The notes under the pieces: generated by a model
What the model was told of the DNA's origin: nothing
The model's input: only the letters and a program-made list of their open reading frames with translations
Databases searched by the model: none
In this document: piece by piece, positions 27,195-36,752 of the stretch
Numbering within the stretch: the stretch's first letter is position 1
Layout of the letters: every line of letters starts with the position of its first letter
DNA from: Escherichia phage Ebrios
Strand: one strand, 5' to 3'
DNA: 39,752 nucleotides
Sequence record: MG966531
Made by a program: the position numbers and the translations under genes

Positions 27195-27785
27195 ATGTGC
27201 TGGATGGCCGCAATTCCTATCGCAATGGCTGGCGCTCAGGCCGTTAGTGGTCAAGCCACTGAGGCCAACGTTCTTGGTGCTCAGATTAACGCTGGTCGCC
27301 GTCAAGCGATGGAACTCCTAAAGCAGACAAACATTCAGAATGCGGACTTAACGCTTCAAGCAAAGTCCAACCTTGAGGAAGCCTCTGCGGAACTGTCTAC
27401 TCAGAACATGCAGAAAGTTCAAGCTATGGGCGCTATCCGTGCGGCTATCGGAGAGTCAAACCTTGAGGGCCGCTCAATGGAGCGAATCCAGAGAGTGACC
27501 GAGGGACAATTCATCCGAGAGGCCAACATGGTCACTGAGAACTACCGTCGGAACTATCAGGCTATCTTCGCCCAACAGATTGGTGCCCACCAGTCTACCG
27601 TAAGTCAAATCCAAGAGATTTACAAAGGGGAGCCGAAGGGTAAGAGCAAGCTGCAACAGATTCTCGACCCGCTGGCTGTTGTCGGTGGTCAGACTGCCTC
27701 TGCGTATGCTTCTGGTGCGTTCGATGGGCCAGCCTTCGGAGGCAAGTCCTCTAGCAAGTCCACCGCGAAAGGAGGTAAGAAATGA
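27195..27785 (+). CDS. 14: Gene 14 internal virion protein B
   Basis: 196 aa, same as T7 gp14; RBS AAGGAGGTGA. Confidence 0.88.
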   Translation: MCWMAAIPIAMAGAQAVSGQATEANVLGAQINAGRRQAMELLKQTNIQNADLTLQAKSNLEEASAELSTQNMQKVQAMGAIRAAIGESNLEGRSMERIQRVTEGQFIREANMVTENYRRNYQAIFAQQIGAHQSTVSQIQEIYKGEPKGKSKLQQILDPLAVVGGQTASAYASGAFDGPAFGGKSSSKSTAKGGKK

Positions 27786-30037
27786 GTAAACTGAGTGCCG
27801 CGCTTCAAGTGGCCCAACCGGGTCTTAGCCGTCTGCGGTCTGGTGGAGGTGGTATGGGCTACCGTGCTGCCACTACTCAAGCGGAAGACGTAAGGCCGAG
27901 TCTTCTGGACTCTGTGCTGCGATTCGCTAAGGCTGGTGCCGACATGTACCAAGCAAAGGAGCAACGCCAACGTGACCTTGCGGATGAACGCTCCAACGAG
28001 ATTATCCGTAAGTTGACCCCTGAGCAACGCCGTCAAGCCCTGAACAACGGGACTCTGCTATATCAGGATGACCCATACGCTATGCAAGCACTTAGGGTCA
28101 AGTCTGGCCGTAACGCTGCGTATCTTGTCGATGACGAGGTGATGCAGAAGGTACGCATGGGCCACTTCCGTTCCCGAGAGGAAATGGAGGAGTACCGCCA
28201 CCAGCGTCTCCAAGAAGGCGCTAAGTCCTACGCTGAGTCCTTCGGGATTGACCCTGATGACGCTGACTTCCAACGAGGGTTTAACGGTGACATCACCGAG
28301 CGTAACATTTCGCTGTACGGTGCTCACGATAACTTCCTGAGCGAACAGGCTCAGAAGGGTGCCATCGTGAACAACCGAGTGGAACTCAACGCTGTCCTTA
28401 ATGACCCCGAGCTGCTGCGCCGCCCTGACTCTGGGCACTTCTTCGAGACATGGATGAACAACAACCTAGCCTCTGGCGCAATCCCTAGTGATGCCCAAGC
28501 GACCCAGCTTATTAGTCAGTCGTTCAGCGACATTTCTAATCGGGCTGGTGGTGCTGACTTCCTGTTGCAAGTCGAGAACAAGAAGGTGACACTCAACGGG
28601 GCCACTTCGACTTACCGAGAGTTACTTGGGGACGAACAGTGGAATGCCCTGATGGTCAACGCTCAGAAGTCCCAGTTCGAGAATGACGCAAAGCTCAACG
28701 AGAAGTACCGCTTGCAGATTAACTCTGCGCTCAATCAGGATGACCCTCGCCAGTCTTGGGAAATGCTTCAAGGCATCAAAGAGGAGCTGGACAAGATTCA
28801 GCCTGACGAGCAGATGACCCCTCAACGGGAATGGCTCATTAGTGCTCAGACCCAAGTGCAGGACAAGATGCGAGCATGGACAGACGCCCAAGCGAAAGCT
28901 CTGGACGATGCCCAAAAGTCCCTCAACAAGCGAGCCGTTATTGACGCTCAGTTCGAGAAGCGTATGGCTGGTCAGTGGGTCTCTACCGACCTCAAAGACA
29001 TGCCAACCAACGAGAACACTGGGGAGTTCAAGCGGAGTGACTTGGTGAACTATGCCAACGCCAAACTCGCTGAGATTGACCAGATGCAGATTCCCGATGG
29101 GGCCAAAGACCGCTTGAAGTTGAAGTACCTTCGGGCCGACTCAAAGGATGGAGCTTTCCGTTCCGCCTTCGGCACTATGGTGACTGATGCTGGTCAAGAG
29201 TGGTCTTCTGCTGTGATTAACGGTAAGATGCCCAACGAGACTCCTGCTCTGGACGCTCTGCGCCGAGTTCGTAACGCTGACCCTCAACTGATGGCCGCCC
29301 TCTACCCAGATGCCGCCGAGTTGTTCCTGACGATGGACATGATGGACAAGCAGGGGATTGATGCTCAAGTCATTATCGACGCTGACCGTCTGGTTTCCAC
29401 TCGCTCCAAGGAGCAACGGTTCGAGGACGATAAGGCGTTCGAGTCTGCCCTGAACAGCTCAACGGCTGCCGAGATTGCCCGTATGCCCGCTTCCCTTCGG
29501 GACTCTGCACGGAAGATTTATGACTCCGTTAAGTACCGCTCAGGGAACGAGAATATGGCAATGGAGCAGATGACTAAGTTCCTTCAAGATTCCACCTACA
29601 CCTTCGAGTCCGATGGTGTGGAGAGTGGGACTATCGGTGTCATTCCGAAGAACATGATGCAGGTCAGCGATGACCCCAAATCGTGGGAGCAGGGACGTGA
29701 CATCCTTGAGGAGGCCCGTAAGGGTATCATTGCGCAGAACCCTTGGATTACCAACCAGCAACTCACCATGTACGCTCAAGGCGAGTCAATCTACATGATG
29801 GACACCACTGGTGAAGTTCGCATTCGGTATGACAAGGAGCTGCTGACCAAGGTGTGGCAGGAGAACTCCCGCCGAGCCGAAGAGAAAGCCCGAGAGGAAG
29901 CCTTAGCCAAGGCCAACAAGCGAGCACCAATCACCGCGGTCAACAAGGCCAAGGAAACCGCTCGTAAGCGCTCTGAGGAGAAACGTAAGCGTACTCCGAA
30001 GTGGATTTACCGTAAACCGCCTGAGGGCGAACAATAA
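27782..30037 (+). CDS. 15: Gene 15 internal virion protein C (ejectosome core)
   Basis: 751 aa (T7 gp15 is about 747 aa); ATGA overlap with gene 14. Confidence 0.9.
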   Translation: MSKLSAALQVAQPGLSRLRSGGGGMGYRAATTQAEDVRPSLLDSVLRFAKAGADMYQAKEQRQRDLADERSNEIIRKLTPEQRRQALNNGTLLYQDDPYAMQALRVKSGRNAAYLVDDEVMQKVRMGHFRSREEMEEYRHQRLQEGAKSYAESFGIDPDDADFQRGFNGDITERNISLYGAHDNFLSEQAQKGAIVNNRVELNAVLNDPELLRRPDSGHFFETWMNNNLASGAIPSDAQATQLISQSFSDISNRAGGADFLLQVENKKVTLNGATSTYRELLGDEQWNALMVNAQKSQFENDAKLNEKYRLQINSALNQDDPRQSWEMLQGIKEELDKIQPDEQMTPQREWLISAQTQVQDKMRAWTDAQAKALDDAQKSLNKRAVIDAQFEKRMAGQWVSTDLKDMPTNENTGEFKRSDLVNYANAKLAEIDQMQIPDGAKDRLKLKYLRADSKDGAFRSAFGTMVTDAGQEWSSAVINGKMPNETPALDALRRVRNADPQLMAALYPDAAELFLTMDMMDKQGIDAQVIIDADRLVSTRSKEQRFEDDKAFESALNSSTAAEIARMPASLRDSARKIYDSVKYRSGNENMAMEQMTKFLQDSTYTFESDGVESGTIGVIPKNMMQVSDDPKSWEQGRDILEEARKGIIAQNPWITNQQLTMYAQGESIYMMDTTGEVRIRYDKELLTKVWQENSRRAEEKAREEALAKANKRAPITAVNKAKETARKRSEEKRKRTPKWIYRKPPEGEQ

Positions 30038-30056
30038 GTGAAAGAAGGAGACCCTA

Positions 30057-33000
30057 ATGGATAAGTACGATAAGAACGTACCAACTGAGTACGATGGTCT
30101 GTTCCAGAAAGCTGCTGATGCCAACGGGGTCTCCTATGACCTTCTGCGCAAAGTGGCGTGGACAGAATCCCGCTTCAAGCCTACCGCCAAGTCTAAGACT
30201 GGCCCGTTGGGCATGATGCAATTCACACAGGCAACCGCTAAGGCGATGGGCCTCAAAGTAACCGGAGGTGATGACGACGAACGTCTGGTGCCCGAACTGG
30301 CAATCAACGCTGCCGCTAAGCACCTAGCGACCCTCGTGGGGAAGTTCGACGGTGACGAACTCAAGGCTGCCCTTGCGTACAACCAAGGGGAAGGCCGAGT
30401 TGGCGGTAAGCAATTGGAAGCCTACGCCCGAGGCGACTTCGCGTCTATCTCTGAGGAAGGTCGCAACTATCTGCGCTCCCTGATGGACGTGGCTAAATCT
30501 CCTATGGCTGGTCAATTGGAGTCCTTTGGTGGCATCACCCCGAAGGGTACTGGTATCCCTGCTGACCAAGCGTTTGCAGGAATCACCAACGACCGGAAGC
30601 GCAAGGTAGGCACTGACCTGCCGGAGTCCACTGGGTTTGACGTTAAGGGTATCGCACAGGAGGGAAAGGCCGACTCGTTCGGTCATTCCTTTTGGAAGTA
30701 CCACGGTGAAACCCTTGACGAATACAACGAGCGTTCCACATTCTTCGGATTCTCTGGTGCTGCCGAAGCCGAACTCTCTAATTCACTCCTTGGAGTTGCC
30801 GCTCGTGCTGCTCGCCTCGACAACGGTTACGATGTTTTCATCGACACTATTACGCCGACTCGCTGGAACTCTCACGTCTGGACTCAAGAAGAGTTAGCGA
30901 AGATTAGAACTGAGGTGAAGAACCCTGCGTACATCAACGTGGTAACTGGTGGTTCCCCAGAGAACCTTGACGCCCTCATTAAGCTGGCTAACGATAACTA
31001 TGCGCTGGACGCTAAGGCGGCTGATGCGGGCCTTGGGGCTAAGCTGAGTGCGGGTGTCTTGGGTGCTGGTGTTGACCCGTTGAGTTACGTTCCGATGGTA
31101 GGCGTGACTGGTAAGGGATTCAAACTGGTGAACAAGGCGATGGTAGTAGGTGGCCAGAGTGCTGGACTTAACGTAATCTCTGAGGGTCTGCGTACCTCCG
31201 TTGCTGGTGGTGATGCTGACTACGCTGGTGCTGCCTTGGGTGGCTTTGTGTTCTCCGCTGGCATGACTGCCTTGGGTGACACCTTGGCTTCCCGAATGAG
31301 CCGCAATAAGCCGGACGCTCAGTTCACCAACGAGTTCGCTGGGCCAGCCATCCGAATGGAGGCCCGAGAGACTGCACGTAACGCCAACTCCACTGACCTG
31401 TCCCGAGTGAACACCGAGGGCATGGAGTTCAAAGGAGAACACAACGGTGTTCCGTATGCAGACTTCAAGGCCGAGGAAGGCGCTGTAGTCCTACACGATG
31501 GTTCAGTCATTAGTGCTGGCAACCCGATTAACCCGAAGACTCTGAAAGAGTTCTCCGAGGTTGACCCAGAGAAGGCCGCTTGGGGCATCCGCCTTGGTGG
31601 GCTGACCGAGATTGGCTTGAAGACCCTTGGGTCTACCAATGCTGACGTTCGGAGACTTGCGAGTGACCTTGTGCGCTCACCGACTGGTATGGAGTCCGGT
31701 GCTTCTGGTAAGTTCGGGGCTACCGCCTCTGACATCCATGAGCGTCTTAAGGGCACCGACCAGCGCACCTACAACGAGCTGTATGCTGCGATGCGGGTAG
31801 CGATGGATGACCCTGAGTTCTCCACTGGTGCCGCCAAGATGTCTCGGGAACAGGCCCGCTACGAGGTTTACCGCAGGGCTGCCCTTGCGATTGAGCGACC
31901 GGAACTCCAAGCAAACCTGACGAAGGCTGAGCTAGGCGTGATGAACATCATCAAGCGGCACTTCGACACTAAGCGTGAACTGATGGAGAACCCTGCGACC
32001 TTTGGGCGATTGGATGCCAAGAGTATCTTCCCAGAGAGTCGCCATAAGGGAACCTACGTCCCGCACGTTTACGACCGAAGTGCTAAGCAACTGATGATTC
32101 GGCGGTACGGTGCCGAAGGTCTCCAAGAGGCCATTGCCCGTTCGTGGCTCACCAGCTACGCATCCCGTCCCGAGGTTAAGGCACGAGTTGATGAAATGCT
32201 GGCTGAACTTCACGGTGTCAAAGAGGTAACGCCAGACATGGTGACTAAACACGCTATGGACAAGGCTTACGGTATCTCTCACTCCGACCATTTCTCCAAT
32301 AGCTCTATCATTGACGAGAACATCGAGGGTCTGGTAGGTATCGAGAACAACTCCTTCTTGGAGGCTCGTAACCTCTTTGACTCTGACCTTCCGGTGACTC
32401 TGCCGGACGGCCAACAGTTCTCCGTGAATGACCTGCGTGACTTCGATATGTTCCGCATCATGCCAGCGTATGACCGCCGCATCAACGGTGACATTGCCAT
32501 CATGGGCTCAACAGGGAAGACCACTAAGGAACTAAAGGACTCCATAATGGAGCTGAGCAAGAAGGCCGAGAACAACGGTCAGCTAAAGGGCGAAGTGGAG
32601 GCTCTCAAGGATACCGTCAAGATTCTCACTGGGCGAGCCCGTAGGAATCAAGACACTGCCTTCGAGACTGCGCTACGTTCCATCAATGACCTTGGGTTCT
32701 TCGCTAAGAACGCCTACATGGGCGCTCAGAACATCACCGAGATTGCTGGTATGCTGGCAACAGGTAACGTTCGAGCATTGGGTCATGGTATCCCGATTCT
32801 GCGGGACACTCTCTACAAGTCTAAACCTGTGAGTGCTTCTGAGCTCAAGGAAATCCATTCGTCTCTGTTCGGACGTGAGGTTGACCAGTTGATTCGTCCC
32901 AAGCGAGCTGACATTGTGCAACGCCTTCGGGAATCGACCGACACTGGGCCACTCACCGCCAACATCGTTGGAACCTTGAAGTACAGCACTCAGGAACTTG

Positions 33001-34022
33001 CAGCCCGCTCTCCGTGGACTAAGCTGCTGAATGGTACGTCCAACTACATTCTCGATGCCGCACGTCAAGGGCTCCTTGGGGATGTCATTGAGGCGACCCT
33101 CAAGGGCAAGACTACCAAGTGGGAATCTGAGGGTTTCCTTCGAGGTGCCTCTGTGTCTCCTGAGCAGATGGCCGGAATCCGGTCACTCATTAAGGAACAC
33201 ATGGTTCGTGGAGAGGACGGTAAGTATTCCGTTAAGGACAAGCAGGCATTCAGTCTTGACCCACGGGCGATGGACTTGTGGCGACTGGCCGATAAGGTTG
33301 CCGATGAAGCGATGCTGAGGCCGCACAAGGTTTCCTTACAGGACTCCAAGGCGTTCGGTGCGCTTGGTCGGATGGCGTTGCAGTTCAAGACCTTCACCAT
33401 CAAGTCCCTGAACTCCAAGTTCCTGCGGATGTTCTACGATGGCTACAAAAATAGCCGAGCGATTGACGCTGCACTCACTGGGATTATCTCAATGGGTCTT
33501 GCTGGCGGATACTACGCTATGGCTGCCCACGCTAAAGCCTACGCTCTACCTGAGGAGCGGCGAAAGGAGTACCTTGAGAAAGCACTGAACCCGACCATGA
33601 TTGCTCACGCTTCATTGTCCAGAAGTGCCCAACTGGGTGCCCCGATGGCGATGGTTGACCTTGTAGGTGGTGGTGTCTTCGGCTTTGAGTCCTCAAAGAT
33701 GGCCCGTTCGTCAATCCTTCCTAAGGACACTTCGTACCAGCGCGACCCCAACAAGCCGTACACCGCTCAGGAGGTACTTGGAAACATGGGGCCTAACCTG
33801 CTGGAGCAGATGCCTTCGGCTGGCTTTGTGGCTAACGTTGGTGCTTCCGTGCTTAACGCTGCGGGAGTCGCTACGGCACCCAACAAGGCTACCGAGCAGG
33901 ACTTTATGACTGGCTTGATGAACTCCTCTAAGGAGCTCGTACCGAATGACCCGTTGACCCAACAGCTAATCCTCAAAATCTACGAAGCCAATGGCATCAA
34001 TTTGAAGGAGAAGCGCAAGTAA
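30057..34022 (+). CDS. 16: Gene 16 internal virion protein D with N-terminal lytic transglycosylase domain
   Basis: 1321 aa; N-terminus MDKYDKNVP..YDGLFQKAADANGVSYDLLRKVAWTESRF.PTAKSKTGPLGMMQFT.ATAKA.GL matches T7 gp16. Confidence 0.95.
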   Translation: MDKYDKNVPTEYDGLFQKAADANGVSYDLLRKVAWTESRFKPTAKSKTGPLGMMQFTQATAKAMGLKVTGGDDDERLVPELAINAAAKHLATLVGKFDGDELKAALAYNQGEGRVGGKQLEAYARGDFASISEEGRNYLRSLMDVAKSPMAGQLESFGGITPKGTGIPADQAFAGITNDRKRKVGTDLPESTGFDVKGIAQEGKADSFGHSFWKYHGETLDEYNERSTFFGFSGAAEAELSNSLLGVAARAARLDNGYDVFIDTITPTRWNSHVWTQEELAKIRTEVKNPAYINVVTGGSPENLDALIKLANDNYALDAKAADAGLGAKLSAGVLGAGVDPLSYVPMVGVTGKGFKLVNKAMVVGGQSAGLNVISEGLRTSVAGGDADYAGAALGGFVFSAGMTALGDTLASRMSRNKPDAQFTNEFAGPAIRMEARETARNANSTDLSRVNTEGMEFKGEHNGVPYADFKAEEGAVVLHDGSVISAGNPINPKTLKEFSEVDPEKAAWGIRLGGLTEIGLKTLGSTNADVRRLASDLVRSPTGMESGASGKFGATASDIHERLKGTDQRTYNELYAAMRVAMDDPEFSTGAAKMSREQARYEVYRRAALAIERPELQANLTKAELGVMNIIKRHFDTKRELMENPATFGRLDAKSIFPESRHKGTYVPHVYDRSAKQLMIRRYGAEGLQEAIARSWLTSYASRPEVKARVDEMLAELHGVKEVTPDMVTKHAMDKAYGISHSDHFSNSSIIDENIEGLVGIENNSFLEARNLFDSDLPVTLPDGQQFSVNDLRDFDMFRIMPAYDRRINGDIAIMGSTGKTTKELKDSIMELSKKAENNGQLKGEVEALKDTVKILTGRARRNQDTAFETALRSINDLGFFAKNAYMGAQNITEIAGMLATGNVRALGHGIPILRDTLYKSKPVSASELKEIHSSLFGREVDQLIRPKRADIVQRLRESTDTGPLTANIVGTLKYSTQELAARSPWTKLLNGTSNYILDAARQGLLGDVIEATLKGKTTKWESEGFLRGASVSPEQMAGIRSLIKEHMVRGEDGKYSVKDKQAFSLDPRAMDLWRLADKVADEAMLRPHKVSLQDSKAFGALGRMALQFKTFTIKSLNSKFLRMFYDGYKNSRAIDAALTGIISMGLAGGYYAMAAHAKAYALPEERRKEYLEKALNPTMIAHASLSRSAQLGAPMAMVDLVGGGVFGFESSKMARSSILPKDTSYQRDPNKPYTAQEVLGNMGPNLLEQMPSAGFVANVGASVLNAAGVATAPNKATEQDFMTGLMNSSKELVPNDPLTQQLILKIYEANGINLKEKRK

Positions 34023-34042
34023 TACGACTCACTATAGGGAGA
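34020..34042 (+). promoter_or_regulatory. Phage promoter phi17 (class III)
   Basis: TAATACGACTCACTATAGGGAGA, overlapping the gene 16 stop. Confidence 0.9.
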
Positions 34043-34092
34043 GGGAAGACCTCCTTCTCCCGCTTTCTGATTCACTTTAAGAGGAGGTTTGC

Positions 34093-36048
34093 ATGGCTAA
34101 CGTGATTAAAACTGTGCTGACTTATCCGCTGGATGGCTCGACTACGGACTTCAACATCCCGTTCGAGTATCTGGCCCGTAAGTTTGTAGTGGTGACTCTG
34201 CTTGGTGCAGACCGCCGAGTCCTGACGTTGCCCACCGATTACCGATTCGCTACCCGCACGGTCATTGCAACCAACAAGGCGTGGGGGCCAGCCGATGGTT
34301 ACACTCAAATCGAAATCCGCCGAGTGACTTCGGCCACTGAGCGACTGGTGGACTTTACGGATGGCTCGATTCTCCGAGCGTATGACCTGAACGTCGCCCA
34401 AATCCAGACCATGCACGTTGCTGAGGAGGCCCGTAACATGACCGCCGATACTATCGGTGTCAACAACGATGGTCACTTGGATGCCCGTGGTCGTAGGATT
34501 GTTAACTTGGCGTATGCCACAAGTGACTATGATGCCGTTCCTTTAAAGCAGATTAAAGAGCGTGAATTCTCTGCATGGAATGCCGTAACAAAAGCTAACG
34601 AACACGCTGACCGTTCCAATAAGGAAGCAAACAGTTCTCGTGACGAGGCCAACCGCGCTCAACGTGAAGCTGACCGCTCAACGCAACAGGCAGGCGTCTC
34701 TACTCAACAAGCAGTCGAGTCCAAGAAGCAAGCTGACCGTTCCGGCTCCGAGGCTAACCGAGCTAAAGGCTATGCTGATGGCATGACCGCAAGCGTCGCT
34801 GAGGCCAAGACGCAAGCTGACCGTTCCGGCTCTGAGGCCAATCGTGCCAGTGATGGGGCCAATCGTGCTGCCGGAGAAGTGACTAAAGCTGCTGCTGAGG
34901 TTGCCAAGGCTGCTGCACATGTTGAGACCGCTAAGGGACATGCTGATAGGGCTAACGTTGAGGCAAACCGCTCCAAAGGTGAGGCTGACCGTGCTAAGTC
35001 TGAGGCCAATAGGGCACAACAAGCAGTCCAATACGTGAAAGACCTTGGTGCTGTTCCTGTAGGTACTATCGCTATGTTCGGAACTGCCGCCATTCCTGCT
35101 GGCTGGTTGTCCCTTATGGAGGACGACCCTATCTTTGATGTTAGGGTTTACCCAGACTTGGCCAGATTGTACCCTACAGGACACCTACCGTCCTATAAGG
35201 ACAGGGTGCCGGAAGGTGTAGGCTCAGGTATCACTCTTGGTCAGAAACGCGCTGGTAATGTTGGTGTAACTTCGGCTATTATGCTACAGACCGATACAGT
35301 TGACTTAAACCATTCACATGATTTCTCAGGGAGCACAACAAGTGGTGGCGAACATGAGCACTTCATTAACTCACTAAACCAGCGGTCTGACTCAGGGGTT
35401 TACCCTACAATCGAATGGTCGAACTGGCGCTCGCCAAACCCGCCAAACTGGACTAAGACAGCAATTGGTGGTAAGCATTCCCACTCAGTCAGTGGTATTA
35501 CAGCCGGTATGAAAAATGGAGTTGGTCAGAAACACAACCACACTATCTCTGGTGTAGTTGGGTCTGGTCGGAACTTAGTTGATGCAACGGGTACTATTTT
35601 TGCGATTAAAGCATTTGGGACAGTTGCCAATGAAGGGTCTCTAGATGCACCTGCACTTAGTGGCTCAATCCAGCGTGTTAACAACAGGGTCAGTACACTT
35701 GAAACAGCAGTTGGGTATGGGAGGAAGGTGAACATTTCCGACCTTCTTGTTCCAGCAACTGGGTGGACTTTTAATAATGATGAATGCCCAGTCCTAGAGA
35801 CAGCTAGTGGGTACATCGTGAGAGCCATATTCCGAGGAATTGGAAGCTCTGGCTCTACAACACGCAACATGTGTACGTTGAAAGCTGGTCTCAAGTGTGT
35901 TGGTTATTCAGCCGCTGTTGTGTATAACCCTACCCTTCCAACAGGAGCTGGTTATGTCGAGTTACTACACCCAAATTACCTAGCCGTTGCTGGGAGTAAT
36001 GGCCCGTATGGGTGGGTTATGGCAACACTAACATTAGAGAAAGTATAA
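34093..36048 (+). CDS. 17: Gene 17 tail fibre, chimeric: T7-like N-terminal and shaft regions, divergent distal collar/HxH domain
   Basis: First ~150 aa match T7 gp17 (MANVIKTVLTY.LDGS...VNNDGHLDARGRRIVNLA); middle has ADRS/EANRA-type repeats; distal ~330 aa carry PVGTIAMFGTAAIPAGWL and HSH/HEH/HSHS/HNH motifs. 651 aa versus 553 in T7. Confidence 0.9.
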   Translation: MANVIKTVLTYPLDGSTTDFNIPFEYLARKFVVVTLLGADRRVLTLPTDYRFATRTVIATNKAWGPADGYTQIEIRRVTSATERLVDFTDGSILRAYDLNVAQIQTMHVAEEARNMTADTIGVNNDGHLDARGRRIVNLAYATSDYDAVPLKQIKEREFSAWNAVTKANEHADRSNKEANSSRDEANRAQREADRSTQQAGVSTQQAVESKKQADRSGSEANRAKGYADGMTASVAEAKTQADRSGSEANRASDGANRAAGEVTKAAAEVAKAAAHVETAKGHADRANVEANRSKGEADRAKSEANRAQQAVQYVKDLGAVPVGTIAMFGTAAIPAGWLSLMEDDPIFDVRVYPDLARLYPTGHLPSYKDRVPEGVGSGITLGQKRAGNVGVTSAIMLQTDTVDLNHSHDFSGSTTSGGEHEHFINSLNQRSDSGVYPTIEWSNWRSPNPPNWTKTAIGGKHSHSVSGITAGMKNGVGQKHNHTISGVVGSGRNLVDATGTIFAIKAFGTVANEGSLDAPALSGSIQRVNNRVSTLETAVGYGRKVNISDLLVPATGWTFNNDECPVLETASGYIVRAIFRGIGSSGSTTRNMCTLKAGLKCVGYSAAVVYNPTLPTGAGYVELLHPNYLAVAGSNGPYGWVMATLTLEKV

Positions 36049-36060
36049 GGAGACAATACA

Positions 36061-36177
36061 ATGGCCCTTGAAACTTCACAGGCAGGAGACCAGCTCTTAT
36101 GGGCACTCCCTGTTGGTGGAGCTATTGCCACTAACATTGTGGCTATACAGTTCATAGGCCTTACACTTAACGACTAA
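36061..36177 (+). CDS. Small hydrophobic ORF between tail fibre and holin genes (unknown)
   Basis: 38-aa ORF MALETSQAGDQLLWALPVGGAIATNIVAIQFIGLTLND with RBS TAAGGAGA 7 nt upstream; T7 has no gene here as far as I recall. Confidence 0.35.
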   Translation: MALETSQAGDQLLWALPVGGAIATNIVAIQFIGLTLND

Positions 36178-36198
36178 CTATATGGAGACATTTCGTGT

Positions 36199-36402
36199 AT
36201 GTTGACGCTAGATTTTAACAACGAGGTCATTAAGGCTGCGCCCATTGCTGGCGTGGCCGGTGCCGATGGTGTGGCTCGCCTGTTCTGGGGCTTGTCGCTT
36301 AACGAGTGGTTCTACGTGGCCGCTATCGCCTACACAGTGGTTCAGATTGGTGCCAAGGTAGTCGATAAAGTAATTGACTGGAAGAAAGCCAGTAAGGAGT
36401 AA
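36199..36402 (+). CDS. 17.5: Gene 17.5 holin
   Basis: 67 aa, ML.LDFNNE.IKAAPI.G...ARLF.GLSLNEWFYVAAIAYTVVQIGAKVVDK.IDWKKA.KE as in T7 gp17.5. Confidence 0.92.
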   Translation: MLTLDFNNEVIKAAPIAGVAGADGVARLFWGLSLNEWFYVAAIAYTVVQIGAKVVDKVIDWKKASKE

Positions 36403-36407
36403 CCACT

Positions 36408-36686
36408 ATGAGCAAACAACAGGACAAGAGCCTGACGGTGTTCCTCGAAATGTTGGACACTGCGATGGCTCAACGAATGCTTGCAGACCTTGGGGATGAC
36501 GACCGCCGTTCTCCTCAACTCTACAACGCAATCAACAAACTACTTGACCGCCATAAGTTCCAAATCGGCAAGCTGCAACCTGACGAGCACATTCTCGGTG
36601 GACTTGCGGGTGCCTTGGAGGAATACAAGGCGAAGGTGGGCGATACTGGTCTGACTGACGACGACCTGTACTCCACCATCCAGTGA
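36408..36686 (+). CDS. 18: Gene 18 terminase small subunit (DNA maturation protein A)
   Basis: MSKQQDKSLTVFLEMLDTAMAQRMLADL... matches T7 gp18. Confidence 0.92.
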   Translation: MSKQQDKSLTVFLEMLDTAMAQRMLADLGDDDRRSPQLYNAINKLLDRHKFQIGKLQPDEHILGGLAGALEEYKAKVGDTGLTDDDLYSTIQ

Positions 36687-36688
36687 CA

Positions 36689-36735
36689 TACTCAAGGTCT
36701 CCCATTCGGGTGACCTTTATGGATGTCATTGACAC
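36689..36735 (+). promoter_or_regulatory. RNase III processing hairpin (R18.5-like)
   Basis: atactcaaggtctcccattcgggtgacctttatgg. Confidence 0.55.
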
Positions 36736-36752
36736 AAACAGAAGGAGGTACT

